Numbered from the stretch's first letter, positions 30,828 through 42,444 are shown. The stretch: DNA of 64,000 nt from a virus (IMGVR_UViG_3300036942_000180:1-64000), one strand, 5' to 3'. The notes: generated from the sequence alone by a model not told the origin. A program made the numbers and translations.

Positions 30828-31454
30828 TCACCTTCTCTTTAGCTTATTCTCCATTTTTATTCTTTTTAATATATTTTTTATCTCTTTATTTTTTATATTC
30901 TTAATATTGAATTCATATTTTACATCAATTACTGTAGTGCGGAAAAAATCGTTATCAATATTTATATCATTTGAATAATTTAATATGTTTCTTTGAATTA
31001 GATTTTTCCTTTTATATTTATCACATTTACCAGTGCAAACAACTTCTTTTTCTTTACAATAAAATTTTACAGGAATAATAACTTCATCATACGTAAATGG
31101 ATAAATACACATTCTATTTAAACAGACTCCGTTGTGAACGCAGTCAATTTTACTATTTTCTTGTAGATAATCATATAATTTATTAGAATCTTTTTTCCTG
31201 ATATTAAAATTTCTATCATTTCTTAATATAGTATCATCTACTTTATTTTGAAAATTGTGTTTGAGATATAAATAAATTATTATTAATGAAGTTAGGCTAG
31301 TAATAGAATGAACTAGTACATCAATCATAAAAATATTAGTGTTTGTTTTAATACTAATATCTGAAATAATAAAAATTAGACTAGTTAATCCCAATAAACT
31401 AATTGCACCAATTGAAAGTTTAAATGATGAAAATGTATGTTTTTTAATTATCAT
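30828..31454 (-). CDS. Membrane-anchored Cys-cluster protein with C-terminal tag
   Basis: Paralog of 29657; LKRIKMENKLKRR. Confidence 0.7.
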   Translation of the reverse strand: MIIKKHTFSSFKLSIGAISLLGLTSLIFIISDISIKTNTNIFMIDVLVHSITSLTSLIIIYLYLKHNFQNKVDDTILRNDRNFNIRKKDSNKLYDYLQENSKIDCVHNGVCLNRMCIYPFTYDEVIIPVKFYCKEKEVVCTGKCDKYKRKNLIQRNILNYSNDINIDNDFFRTTVIDVKYEFNIKNIKNKEIKNILKRIKMENKLKRR

Positions 31455-31487
31455 TATAATTACTCTCCTTAATAGAAGTAGAGGTTA

Positions 31488-31925
31488 TTAAACCTCTACT
31501 TCATCCAAAAAATCTTTATCGTTAAGTTTATTTCTTATCGATGATGAGTTCTCTTCATTAATAACCTCTCCTTCTTTAATATAATAAATCTTTTCATCTT
31601 TAAAATCATCTTTATTTCTTATTTCATGATCATTGATAGCAGTAATAATATTTATCATAATAATACTATCCTCTTCTATTAAATTTATCCTACAGATGAT
31701 AGCTTTTCTTTTAGCTACATCTACAATAGAAAAATTTTGTCCTGATTTTAATTTTAAAAGATTTCCATTTACTGTGTTTAATAGATCAATTATTAACTCC
31801 CAATCAAAACCTCTAAAAAATGTAGAAGCTATAGAATGTGAATTTAAGTTTAATATTACTTCTCTTCTTATTCCATTATCATTAAGATGAATCACTTTTC
31901 TTCTTTTAAGAATTTTTCCTACCAT
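31488..31925 (-). CDS. Hypothetical protein
   Basis: Operon-packed ORF. Confidence 0.6.
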   Translation of the reverse strand: MVGKILKRRKVIHLNDNGIRREVILNLNSHSIASTFFRGFDWELIIDLLNTVNGNLLKLKSGQNFSIVDVAKRKAIICRINLIEEDSIIMINIITAINDHEIRNKDDFKDEKIYYIKEGEVINEENSSSIRNKLNDKDFLDEVEV

Positions 31926-32129
31926 TTAGATCACTTCTTCCAAGTCTTGAGTCTTGATCGGTTGATTACACTTAGGACATATATAAGTATAATCCTCTTT
32001 ATCTATAGTTTCTTTAATTGGTTTAAATTTTAATCTTATCCCATTTTTCTTCATGTGAATAAGAGTTTTTGTATTAAATAAATTGCCACCACTAATTCCA
32101 TCGCATTCAGTACATTTAATTTTCTTCAT
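31926..32129 (-). CDS. Small Zn-ribbon protein
   Basis: CTEC...CPKC. Confidence 0.65.
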   Translation of the reverse strand: MKKIKCTECDGISGGNLFNTKTLIHMKKNGIRLKFKPIKETIDKEDYTYICPKCNQPIKTQDLEEVI

Positions 32130-32151
32130 TATTATTCCTCCTCATTTTTAT

Positions 32152-32589
32152 TTAAAATACTTCTGGTTCTCTCCCTAGTTTGTATGCCAATAAATCACTT
32201 TCTACAGTATCTCTATTGAATTCAAATGTGGCTTTCTCAACTCCTTGAAGATCATACATTCTTCTAAATCTTGTAACTACAAGAATTTTATTTATATTTT
32301 TAAATATCTTAAATCCCTCAATTACTTCATTCTTAAGATCACTACTATCAAATATTTTATTTAACTCTATTTCATCTACTGTGGAATAATGGAAATAATG
32401 TTCTATTATTAAAATATTTGAATGACTTCCTATATGATTTATTCTTGCTGAAAATATAACATTTTCATTAGGGGCAGTTAACGTTAATTTTTCTAAACTT
32501 CCAATAAATTCATATTCTCTTTTAGCAACTGAAGTTGAATTATAAGAAATGTCTGCTAGTTTGTTGAATTTATCCTTCATCTCGACCAT
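32152..32589 (-). CDS. Hypothetical protein (FxFN family with 33068, 33478)
   Basis: LIIE...FEFNR near C-terminus. Confidence 0.6.
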   Translation of the reverse strand: MVEMKDKFNKLADISYNSTSVAKREYEFIGSLEKLTLTAPNENVIFSARINHIGSHSNILIIEHYFHYSTVDEIELNKIFDSSDLKNEVIEGFKIFKNINKILVVTRFRRMYDLQGVEKATFEFNRDTVESDLLAYKLGREPEVF

Positions 32590-32599
32590 CCTTTATTAA

Positions 32600-33067
32600 T
32601 TAGTTAGTATCGATATTTTCACTTAAAAACACCTCTTTAACTCCAATCTCATAAATCCTATCAAGCATTGCTTGGATTCTATCATAACCACCCTTATGGA
32701 CAGCATTGCAGATAAATACTTCTATTGCCATATCTTCTTTGGTGAACTTGTACCTGTAATGTCCATCGCTGAATTTGATGGTATCAACATCAAAGGTATC
32801 AAAGATTAAATCGAAGTAGTCCATGTACTCTATAAAATCCTTTATCTCATCTTCATTTATCCAGTCTTTAATTTCAACTTCTCCATCTTCTTCATCAACT
32901 ACTATTGAAAATTTAAGCGTGCTATCAATATCAGTATTATAGGTTGAGATGGAATATAAGTCATTGACCGACAGCATCCTACAATCAGTAGCTTCACTCC
33001 CTTCGATCTTATAGATTTCTTTCATTACTTTGATCAATTTATCTTGATTCTCTTTAGAAATACTCAT
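32600..33067 (-). CDS. Hypothetical protein
   Basis: Operon-packed ORF. Confidence 0.6.
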   Translation of the reverse strand: MSISKENQDKLIKVMKEIYKIEGSEATDCRMLSVNDLYSISTYNTDIDSTLKFSIVVDEEDGEVEIKDWINEDEIKDFIEYMDYFDLIFDTFDVDTIKFSDGHYRYKFTKEDMAIEVFICNAVHKGGYDRIQAMLDRIYEIGVKEVFLSENIDTN

Positions 33068-33478
33068 CTATTTCCCTCCTAGTTTGAACTCCATATTTAG
33101 TTTTTTAAGCTTCTTCTTATAGTTATCCTTGTTGAATTTGAAGAAAGTTTCCTTATAATCATTTATTCTATACGACATGAAATTGATATCTAATTTCTCG
33201 AAACAACTGTTGATTAAATTATTAAAAGCCTCTATTGATACTATTTTATCGTAATTCAATTTTGAAGGACTGCTAAGATAATATTCAAACTGTTCTTCAA
33301 TTATTAGTTTATTATCTTTTCCTCTCCCTTTTAACATCATACTCTTATCATTATATAATCTAAATTTTACCCATTTTCCTCTTTTAGTATCGACTATTAA
33401 CTTTTTATTTCCGTATCCTGGAAATCTTTCCTCGCTATACTTACTAATAATATAATTTAACTCTTTATCATCATTCAT
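33068..33478 (-). CDS. Hypothetical protein with C-terminal tag
   Basis: FKFNKDNYKKKLKKLNMEFKL. Confidence 0.7.
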   Translation of the reverse strand: MNDDKELNYIISKYSEERFPGYGNKKLIVDTKRGKWVKFRLYNDKSMMLKGRGKDNKLIIEEQFEYYLSSPSKLNYDKIVSIEAFNNLINSCFEKLDINFMSYRINDYKETFFKFNKDNYKKKLKKLNMEFKLGGK

Positions 33479-33933
33479 TAGTATTCTCCTTTCATTTTAA
33501 TCTCCATGACTAATTTCTTTATTTTATTTTTATAATCACTTCTATTAAATTTAAATTGAGATGTTCCTTTTTCATTATAAAGTTCATATATTATATATTC
33601 TAAATCAGTAAAATTAAAGAAACCGTATATTAATTCTTTAAAAGCTTCTGGATCAATTATTAATTCGTAATGGAGATCTAAGTTTTTAGGTGTGTATTTT
33701 TCTGAAAATTCAGTTATAATTAGTTCATTTACTTTCATTTTATAAGTAGCATATATTAAATCACTATAACCGACCATTATTCTTAATTTACACCAAGATC
33801 CACTACTTATATCAGTAACGACTGTGGGATTTGAATAATCTCTTAATGTCTTATTTTTATATTTATTAAAAAGATATTTCATTTGATTTCGGATAACTTT
33901 ATCTTTCTTAGTTAATTCATCACTCAACTTCAA
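33478..33933 (-). CDS. Hypothetical protein, paralog of 33068, with C-terminal tag
   Basis: FKFNRSDYKNKIKKLVMEIKM. Confidence 0.7.
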   Translation of the reverse strand: MKLSDELTKKDKVIRNQMKYLFNKYKNKTLRDYSNPTVVTDISSGSWCKLRIMVGYSDLIYATYKMKVNELIITEFSEKYTPKNLDLHYELIIDPEAFKELIYGFFNFTDLEYIIYELYNEKGTSQFKFNRSDYKNKIKKLVMEIKMKGEY

Positions 33934-33992
33934 ACCTCCTTAGAATAAAAAGAATTAATATCTAATTAAAGATATTAATTCCTTTATTAGAT

Positions 33993-34490
33993 TTATCTAT
34001 AAGTCGGAATATAGATATTTCTAACTTTACTATTGGTCTCATACCAATATTCTTCGTCAAACTTATCCCCGTTGTAGATCATCTGACCTAGAGAATCTTT
34101 ACAATGCATTCCAACTTTTATATCTTTATCATAAGAGTTAGTGTCAGAAATCAGTTCTAGCCAAATTTTATCAACACTATTAAAATATTTATTTAATTTA
34201 GAGGGAATTTCTAATAGTATTTCAAACTCCTCTTCACTAAAGTTATTCTTAATGAATTCAAGAGCTTCATCTTCCACACTGTAATAAACATCATACAATC
34301 TAGTCACGTCAGAATGAAAACTTATCTCTAGGTCTTCTTCCTTGAATTCTTCCTCATGCATCCAATTAAAATTAACTAGATACATTTTTTCTTCTTTATC
34401 GTTGATTATTGCTTGGCGTATTCTACCTTCACCTATTTTAGTGATTACATTATCCCCTATTGAAAATTTAAAAGTGACTGTATTTTCCAT
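33993..34490 (-). CDS. Hypothetical two-domain protein (SH3-like N-terminus)
   Basis: KFSIGDNV..GEGRI. Confidence 0.55.
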   Translation of the reverse strand: MENTVTFKFSIGDNVITKIGEGRIRQAIINDKEEKMYLVNFNWMHEEEFKEEDLEISFHSDVTRLYDVYYSVEDEALEFIKNNFSEEEFEILLEIPSKLNKYFNSVDKIWLELISDTNSYDKDIKVGMHCKDSLGQMIYNGDKFDEEYWYETNSKVRNIYIPTYR

Positions 34491-34491
34491 A

Positions 34492-35142
34492 TTAATTATT
34501 CCTCCTATTTTTTAAAGTTAATGTTGCTGTATTTTCTTGAGTGGTTTTTACTACGGATTCTGTTATTTTGTGTATATTAAAATCAGTTTTGTAAGAGGTA
34601 TCTCCAATAAACTTGCTTTTATTATCTATTAGTAATTTTAATATATAATCAATACTAACTCCTGTATCTATTTTGTATTCATTATCATAATCATATTGAA
34701 TACCGTATTCAGGTTTTAAATCTTTTATTTTAATCTTTTTCTTATTAAAACCCTCACCTCTTAATTGATTTATAGCATTTATTATATAATATTCTTTCTT
34801 TTCAGACATTTTAAATATATAGTCATCTAAACTAGTTGCTTGTGAGGGTTTAAACCCTCTCGGAATACTCACAGATTCAGAAACAGCAACTAACTCTATT
34901 TCTTCTGGACTTATCATTACACTACTTACAAAACTACCAGTTTGATAGAAATAAAATAAATTATTATCTTCTTCTAATTCATTATTTATTAATATTACTT
35001 GATGACCGTCAGGGTAAACATCATTAGGTCCATGACCAGTTCCCCCACCTGATTTTTGGGTAAATAATACTTGATAATTATATTTACCCTCAAGTATTCT
35101 TTCAGAATTAATTATATCTCCAACTTCTAATAAATTTTTCAT
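34492..35142 (-). CDS. Hypothetical protein
   Basis: GGGTGHGPNDVYPDGHQV conserved-looking loop. Confidence 0.6.
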   Translation of the reverse strand: MKNLLEVGDIINSERILEGKYNYQVLFTQKSGGGTGHGPNDVYPDGHQVILINNELEEDNNLFYFYQTGSFVSSVMISPEEIELVAVSESVSIPRGFKPSQATSLDDYIFKMSEKKEYYIINAINQLRGEGFNKKKIKIKDLKPEYGIQYDYDNEYKIDTGVSIDYILKLLIDNKSKFIGDTSYKTDFNIHKITESVVKTTQENTATLTLKNRRNN

Positions 35143-35144
35143 AT

Positions 35145-36062
35145 TTATCCCTCCATTTTATTAGTTAGTAGTTCTCTCAGGTACACAAACCTTCCCATAA
35201 CCTCAAAAGGATAAGCGTGATAAACAGAATCGTAATAATAACTACCACGATTGTATGCCCCTGCTGTCCTTGTGTAGTTCTTATCATATTGTTCCAGATT
35301 ATTTTTAATGAAAAATCCAACTACGTCAAAAGTAAGTTCTTTCATATCTAAGTTTTGATCGAATAATTTATATTTATACTGGGATACGAAATTACTGTAC
35401 CTTTCTGATTGATGTAACCAAGCTTTATTGGCATTAGGCTCGTTAGGAATATTGTAACCCATCTTATTTAAAGTTTCTCTGAAGACCATAATCTGCATAG
35501 AAAAAGCAGTCCAGCTTTCCCCATTATCATAAGTGTCATTACTTATCCAATGAGTTTCTTTATCTGCAAATGAAGCAAAGTAAAGAGGATGAATATTATA
35601 TTTCTCGCCATATTTAATTAGCCAATCAGCATAATTATTAATCTTATCTATATGATTGGTTGCAGATGGGTAAGCTTGTTTCCTTATAAATTTAATTCTA
35701 TTTACTATTATATTTTTAGTAGTTTTAACTAATTCTCTATCATCAAAATCAAAGTTGAATATATCATAAGTTATTAGATCTTGATGAAGATTATTTATAT
35801 TTTTATTTAAGTTATTGATCTCCTGTTCTTTGGAGTTTATTACTTCGTTCAATTCAGAAATTTCTTGAGATTTCAAGTTATTGATTTCTTCTACCTTTTT
35901 ATTCTGAGACCTGACTCCCAAGTTAAAGCCAAAAGCAAAAATCATCCCTATAATAAAAAAGGATAGAAGAGTTATCTTAACCCTTCTATACTGCAATGCT
36001 GTCTTTACGGAGTATGAAATTTCTATCATTATTCTTTTTATTATATCTTTAATAATAATCAC
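35145..36062 (-). CDS. Membrane-anchored coiled-coil protein with lytic transglycosylase-like domain
   Basis: TM, coiled coil, KYNIHP...KET (catalytic Glu position), MQI, AYNRG. Confidence 0.55.
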   Translation of the reverse strand: MIIIKDIIKRIMIEISYSVKTALQYRRVKITLLSFFIIGMIFAFGFNLGVRSQNKKVEEINNLKSQEISELNEVINSKEQEINNLNKNINNLHQDLITYDIFNFDFDDRELVKTTKNIIVNRIKFIRKQAYPSATNHIDKINNYADWLIKYGEKYNIHPLYFASFADKETHWISNDTYDNGESWTAFSMQIMVFRETLNKMGYNIPNEPNANKAWLHQSERYSNFVSQYKYKLFDQNLDMKELTFDVVGFFIKNNLEQYDKNYTRTAGAYNRGSYYYDSVYHAYPFEVMGRFVYLRELLTNKMEG

Positions 36063-36227
36063 CTCTTTATCTATTTTTTCTTTAATTTATTTATAGTATT
36101 TTGTAACCTATTGATCTTTTCATTTTTAGCGTCGACAGTATTTGATGATAGAATACCACCGATGATGACTCCTACTGAACCACCTAATACTGCTCCGATT
36201 AATGCTTGTACCATTTTAATTCCTCCT

Positions 36228-36623
36228 CTATTTATGTTTTAATTTGAACTCCATGTCGAATTTCTTAGTATCATTCGAATTAAATCTCAGCTTATTATGA
36301 TATTTTGTTCTCCTATCGATTAATACATCATAATTAATGAAATGTTCCTCAATGTAGTCAACAATGTCTTTTATCATATAGTTGTAAATAGAAGGATATG
36401 AGCTATAGACCACTATATCTTCTGAAAATTGATCCTTGATCACCATATACTTGTATTCGATGTTGATCCTCATCAATATTAGATGATTTTTAGATTTTAA
36501 CTTGACTCTGAAGATGTAGTTATCTTCGTTATTGATGGAGAGGATGTCGTAGCTCATGACTGTCAGGCGTCTTAGAATATCTATTATTTTTTCTTCTATT
36601 GATTTTCTAGTCATTATTATCAC
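36228..36623 (-). CDS. Hypothetical protein with C-terminal tag
   Basis: TKKFDMEFKLKHK. Confidence 0.7.
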   Translation of the reverse strand: MIIMTRKSIEEKIIDILRRLTVMSYDILSINNEDNYIFRVKLKSKNHLILMRINIEYKYMVIKDQFSEDIVVYSSYPSIYNYMIKDIVDYIEEHFINYDVLIDRRTKYHNKLRFNSNDTKKFDMEFKLKHK

Positions 36624-36653
36624 CTCACTTATAGACGATATTGTGAAATTATA

Positions 36654-36929
36654 TTACTCATTATCATCTATAAAATCTTTAATGAATTCCAAATCATCTT
36701 GATTGATCTCATCTTGTATCCAATCAATATCTAGAACATCGTCATAGAAGTTTTTAACTGATTCATATATAAAGAAGTTCCAAGTTGGATAGTTTTCTAG
36801 ATATTCTTCATACACCAATACTTTAAATGTTTTATCTTTTTGATTAGGGACAGGAACTGCTCTAAAAGTGTTGCCCTCAATATCTTGGATGTCTAAAAGT
36901 GCCGTCTTGCTATCATAATATTCTTGCAT
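36654..36929 (-). CDS. Hypothetical protein
   Basis: Strong SD. Confidence 0.6.
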   Translation of the reverse strand: MQEYYDSKTALLDIQDIEGNTFRAVPVPNQKDKTFKVLVYEEYLENYPTWNFFIYESVKNFYDDVLDIDWIQDEINQDDLEFIKDFIDDNE

Positions 36930-37177
36930 TATTAATTCCTCCTTATATTTTATTAATTTTTAAATATTGATGAATGTAATAAGTCAACTGTGATACCAAT
37001 TAAAAATCCAATTAAAAAATTTTGAATCCCAATTATAGATACTAAAATTCCTCCAACTACCAATCCAATAATAAATGACATTATTAATTCCTCCTTATTT
37101 TTATTGATTGTAAAGGAATTAGGAAATTAATCCTAATTCCTTTAATATTGATATTCATTTTAATAATATATACTTAA

Positions 37178-40100
37178 TTAATCTTTCAATACAGAATTTT
37201 GTTCGTCCTCATCGTTGGTTAGTTCAAGACCCATACTCTTAAGATACGAATCAAATATTCTTCTAGTAATATCAGTAGTATCAGAAGTCTCTATTTTTTC
37301 CATATTGAATATATTCTCATTTAATAATTCATCAACCATTTTTTGTCTACTCTCTTTATTACTAGAATAGAGAGACAAGAACCTTTTTATCTCTTTTGGA
37401 TTCTTTGTTAAGAGGAGATTTGATATCTCCATTTCCGTTTATATTCATATAAGTTTATTAATCTCATATCTGATTTCAGCTATATATTTCTATATAGACT
37501 AGACTATATCTTTACCTAGTTAGGCATTTCCCGTTTCTATTGCATTCACAATATACTATTAGTCTTTGAACATTCTTATTATTAAATATAATAAGATTTG
37601 CTGCTTATTATCCTTTAATTAGGATTTTTAAGCAATTAGAGAAATTTTAATTGAGCTATTTTATTAACCCAATCTTAGAGGATTCTTACGATATAAATTC
37701 TCATTTTCTTTGAATGCTTTACTCTTGGCAGGGATGTTTTTTATATTATTGTAAGCGACTGATCTAGCAGAGAACTTACTACTAGCAGTGTGCTTGAGCA
37801 ACACAAAATACAAGTCCCCCATCACCATTTTATTTTCTATTCCTTTGAACTTGAATGGTTCGATGTCATACTTATGCATCACTTCAGATAGTTGATCGAA
37901 CTCAATATTATCGTAAAAAGGTGGTTGATGAAAGTATATCCCATCTTCGTAGATATCCTCCCAGAACTCATCCTTATCTTCTGAATTTAGATTGATATAA
38001 TATTCTTCTAGAGCTTTAGCTTGAGTTTCATTGATATCATTCATGAAGTTGAAAAATAGTTCTTCTCGTTCTTTGTGATTATCTAAATTTTCTAGTTTCT
38101 TTGACATCTGAATAGACATCATGCCGAAAGTGACAGTATATAATTGGGTTGGATTTACGTTTATATTCATATAGATTCGCTAATATCTATACAGTTCTCT
38201 CATGAACTTCTATATGTTTCCATATAGACTAGACTATATCTTCACTCCTTTCGAAGTGTCTCCTGTTTCGATTTAAAGGGTTTTCACCTACTCCAATAAC
38301 TTGAGCCCTACTCCTGTTGTGAATTAACACTAAAGGATAGTCGTTGAATATAGTTTTCTAAAATAATTTCTATATTTTTAAAATCAGTGTGTGGAATTCT
38401 TAATAAATTTATATTATTTTCTTTACAATATTTATTTTTCTTTTTATCATGAATTTGGACTCTATTTATCCTATCTTCAGTAAATATAGTATTTTCTTTT
38501 TGTCTCATATGATATTTCCCATCATATTCAATTAATAAATTTAATTTACTAACAAATATATCAAATCTTAATTTCTTATTTGAAAATTCGGATTTTAAAT
38601 CATTAAAAGTTTTTTCAGTTTCAAAATTTAAATTTCCATCTTTTAAAAATTCTTTTATCTTTATTATTCCTTTTGAATCTCCTAATAAATTATGAATTGG
38701 ATTTTCAGTACAGGTTGGACATCTTTGTCCATTAGTAATAAAATTATTAGGTCTTATATCCATTACTGTACCACATTCTAAATGTTTAATTTTAATATTA
38801 GTTCTAGATATTCCTTTAAAATTTTCTGGAATATAAATTACTTCATATTCATTATCTATTTTCTTTATTATTTCTTTTAATTCTTTTTTAGTATATGCGT
38901 GTTTATTGCAATTATTACACCTATATCCATTATAAAGAAAATCAGATGGTCGCATATAAAAGTTTGAATTACAATCTTTATGCCAAAATCTTTTTAGTTC
39001 TTGTAATTCTCCATGTTTATATTCATCTTTAAATTTATAGTTAGTTCCTTCTAATTCTTTTACTTTTTTTACTATTGATTTTTTATCTAATTTTGTTCCA
39101 GCACAAAATCCACATTTATTTCTTCTTGGATCTTTATAGTATTTATAAACAGTTTCTAAATTTCTATTACACTTTAAATGTTTAATTATTATTTGTGATC
39201 TTGGACCATCATGTTTTATTATTTTTACTAATTTAAATTCATTATCTTTTTCAATTTCATATTTAATTCTTCTTTTAGTCAATTGAGACGATTTTATTCC
39301 ATGTTTTCTTTTTAATTTTGATACTTCCCATTTAGAACATGAAAACATATCTGCTACTTTTTGAATTGTATTTTCCCATAATAATAGTTCAAATTTATCT
39401 TTATCAATTTCATTTAACTTTTTCATATTAATAATCCTTTCTTAAAAACTATACTGCTGATTGCCCATTGTAATATCTATAAGTATTTTTAAGCATATCA
39501 CGCTTACCAGCTAGGTTACGTTGTAGCTCTTATAGCTTTAGGGGTTTCCAGCAATTAAGGAGATGCAAATAAATGATTATTCATTTATAGGGCTAATTTA
39601 ATAACCGATTGATAACCCCAAGAGGGTTCAATAATACTTCAGCTTTCTCTCCACTTTCAGTTGTAGGCATTTCTTCATCGGGAATGATTTTACTGATTAT
39701 ACCTTTATTTCCTGACCTTCCACTGATCTTACTCCCTACACGGCATTCCTTCTCTTGCAGTATTCTGAACTTCACAATAATGTTACTGAATTCCTTACCA
39801 TTATTCCTCCACACAATTTCGTCATCTGTGATTTCCTTAGCTCTTTTATACTGGTAAGCTAGGTCATCTGAATAGTTTTCTTTGGAGTTTTCTTCAACTA
39901 TTTCAGATAATACTTCATATACTTTTTCATAGTAAGCTTCATCTTTCTTTATATACTTAACTAACTGTTCATTGAATTTGTGTTTCTCCAATTTCTCAGT
40001 ATCAGCATTACTATACACGCTGATATCAATGACTTCCCCATCACTGTAGAACACAGTGTCGTTACTGTAATTGATGTTGTTAAGTTCTTTGGTTTTAAGG

Positions 40101-41274
40101 TCAGTCAGTATCGAATCGTAATCAATTCTCCTTCGGGCACATAGAAATTTACTGAATTTCTCTCCAATATCAGGGAAAGATTTATATTCATCATTATCCC
40201 CGAATAGATTGATCAATATATCGTTAGTATTAATATTGATACTAATTTCATCTATCCTATAAGAAGTTAATTTTTCCTTACCACTTTCTGATATAACTAT
40301 TGCCATTTACCTTTTACATAACTCGTTAAATTACATATGCTATATATTTCTATATAGATGAGACTATATCATTATTCAATTAAGAATAATCCCTTTTTCC
40401 ACTTACTCTAAGTGTACTATTAGTCGTTGAATGTTCTTATTACTTTCATAATAAGATTCACTGCTTATCATCCTTTTAATCAGGATTTTTAAGCAATTAA
40501 AGGATTTTAACGAGGACTACAATAATTTATAATCCTCAAAAGTTAAGTTCTTGTAGGGTATAAATAGGGCTTTGAGGTTCGTTCCATACATAAAATTAAG
40601 ATCATCGTCATAAGTGGTACTCCTATAGACTAGATCATCTTTCTCGATACTGTCTCCTTTGCCTTTATCTTTAATCTTGTTGTCTATCTTATAACCATAC
40701 TTTTCAGTAGTCCTCTCTGCGTTCTTCACTTCTTCGATGTGGTAGTACTCTGAATTCTTATCTTTTAATACGTAGAGTATATTCTTTTCATTCTTCTCTA
40801 TTCTTTCTATTATCTCCCAATCTCTGTCCGCTTTCTTGTACGCAGAAGAATACTTACCCACTTGATTCTCGAAGTTGGTGAATACTCTCGGAAACTCGGG
40901 TTCCTTTAGAACTATTGCTTGCCTAATGTGATTGGTGAACATGTTGATCCTGTTTGACATTTATATTATTATAAGATTATTAATCCTATACTCATAGTTA
41001 CTTATGAGATTAGACTATATCTTTGTGCATACACACACTCTCTTTTTCCACTATATTTATAGTGTACTATTAGTCGTTGAACATTCTTATTATTAAATAT
41101 AATAAGATTTGCTGCTTATTATCCTTCTAATTAGGATTTTTAAGCAATTAAAAGAGTTTTAAGCGAACCAATTTAATCCGCTTTATCAACATTAGGTGTT
41201 AATAGTTCCTCTGATAAGAATTCGTGTGAACCATCAAACTTTTCAATATCAATATCTCTAATTCCTAGACTCAT
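37178..41274 (-). CDS. RNA polymerase beta subunit, C-terminal part (probably non-virion RNAP), 5 exons: 41274-41176, 40957-40532, 40303-39604, 38157-37667, 37435-37178 (657 aa)
   Basis: Junctions restore beta motifs D|SNRINMFTNHIRQA, TFED|AIVISE, NPLGVINRL|NPTQ, RLG|EME; GSKISGRSGNKGII present. Confidence 0.92.
37436..37666 (-). ncRNA. Group I intron (ORF-less, 231 nt)
   Basis: AUUGGGU/GCUCAAU P1; S element AAGAUAUAGUC; terminal G. Confidence 0.9.
38158..39603 (-). mobile_element. Group I intron (1446 nt) with homing endonuclease
   Basis: P (AAUUGCUGGAA), Q (AAUCAGCAG), R, S present; frame restored as T|TA; P1 pairing shorter than in the other introns. Confidence 0.88.
38308..39426 (-). 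CDS. Intron-encoded Zn-ribbon/Vsr-like homing endonuclease
   Basis: KHLxC..CxxC repeats, RFDIF, IEYDG.H, LLRIP; 3' end overlaps intron R element. Confidence 0.85.
   Translation of the reverse strand: MKKLNEIDKDKFELLLWENTIQKVADMFSCSKWEVSKLKRKHGIKSSQLTKRRIKYEIEKDNEFKLVKIIKHDGPRSQIIIKHLKCNRNLETVYKYYKDPRRNKCGFCAGTKLDKKSIVKKVKELEGTNYKFKDEYKHGELQELKRFWHKDCNSNFYMRPSDFLYNGYRCNNCNKHAYTKKELKEIIKKIDNEYEVIYIPENFKGISRTNIKIKHLECGTVMDIRPNNFITNGQRCPTCTENPIHNLLGDSKGIIKIKEFLKDGNLNFETEKTFNDLKSEFSNKKLRFDIFVSKLNLLIEYDGKYHMRQKENTIFTEDRINRVQIHDKKKNKYCKENNINLLRIPHTDFKNIEIILENYIQRLSFSVNSQQE
40304..40531 (-). ncRNA. Group I intron (ORF-less, 228 nt)
   Basis: GAGGAU/GUCCUC P1; R and S elements. Confidence 0.9.
40958..41175 (-). 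ncRNA. Group I intron (ORF-less, 218 nt)
   Basis: AAGCGGAU/GUUCGCUU P1; R and S elements. Confidence 0.9.
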
Positions 41275-42071
41275 TAAACCACTCCTTGATTGGTATTTAT
41301 ATTATTTAATTCATCTATATCTCTGTTATGAATATCTTCACCAATAGTAGCCATTTGGTCGGCTAATGCTATGATCTTCACTATGTCGTATTTCTTCCTA
41401 GCTTTATTTAGCAATCCTTCTACTCCGTCTTTCTTCCAAGCTCCCATATGCCACCTAATAGCTAGTATGACATATTCTGGAAGATTAAAGACGTATTTTT
41501 GAAGAAACAATACAGATTTCTCTCCATGACCAAACAATAAAGGATCTTCCTTATATTTCCATACATCTACGTTAATAGCTGGTGGTGGACCTTCAGGGTT
41601 CTCGGACAACCACGATATCAGATCGCTGAACCTATTTTTAGTCTTAAATGTCTTCAGTTTTAATACTTTATTGGTGATCCCTCTATCTACTAGATCATCT
41701 CTATGTCTATCGAATAAACTCTTTAGGAACTTCTTCTGCTTTCTAGTAGGTTCTTCCCTATCTTTTATCTTTTCATATCTATCAATCTTGCATAGGTCAT
41801 GAAACAGTCCTGCAAGCTTCACGTAATCGAGTTCGTAATCATCTAATACTCCATAGGTCTTTAGCAACATTATCAAATTCTTTTCAGTTTTAACAGAATG
41901 ATCTGCCAAACCTCCAGTGTAATTAGAGTGAAATTTGATACTGGCAGGCAATTGAAAGAAATCATTTTCAAAAAGAAACTCTATGAAATCATCCTTTTCT
42001 TCATTATTTATAACTTCGGTCTCGTCAATAAAATCTAATATATATTGTCTATTGTCTTCTACATAACTCAA
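41274..42071 (-). CDS. HD-domain phosphohydrolase
   Basis: PAS..H...GGLADHS, HDLCK, GHGEKS, IRWHMG, AD. Confidence 0.88.
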   Translation of the reverse strand: MSYVEDNRQYILDFIDETEVINNEEKDDFIEFLFENDFFQLPASIKFHSNYTGGLADHSVKTEKNLIMLLKTYGVLDDYELDYVKLAGLFHDLCKIDRYEKIKDREEPTRKQKKFLKSLFDRHRDDLVDRGITNKVLKLKTFKTKNRFSDLISWLSENPEGPPPAINVDVWKYKEDPLLFGHGEKSVLFLQKYVFNLPEYVILAIRWHMGAWKKDGVEGLLNKARKKYDIVKIIALADQMATIGEDIHNRDIDELNNINTNQGVV

Positions 42072-42090
42072 CTTGTCTTATTCCCCCTCA

Positions 42091-42444
42091 TTATTTGTGC
42101 CACGGTTTAAAATTCTTTATTGAATCTATTAAATCTTTATTCCATTCACCTTTAAAAGTAATAGCTCTGTCATCTACTTGAACTACAGCGGGTACTTTGT
42201 TCTCGACCACTTCATCTACTTCAATGTTGTATTTTTGAAGGTAATCTTTTATTGCATCCATTCCACCTTTCTGATGACACCTAGAGGAATGAACTACAAC
42301 TTTGAATTCTTTTCTCAATTCCTGTATCGCTTCATTGACTCCTTCTACTGGTTCGTCTGGAATGTTAGTTGCTCCACACCAACCACTTTCATAACTATTA
42401 ATAACTCCATCAAAATCTAATATTGCTGTCATCTTATTTGACAT
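42091..42444 (-). CDS. HAD-superfamily phosphatase
   Basis: DFDGVI, HSSR, K, VDDR. Confidence 0.85.
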   Translation of the reverse strand: MSNKMTAILDFDGVINSYESGWCGATNIPDEPVEGVNEAIQELRKEFKVVVHSSRCHQKGGMDAIKDYLQKYNIEVDEVVENKVPAVVQVDDRAITFKGEWNKDLIDSIKNFKPWHK

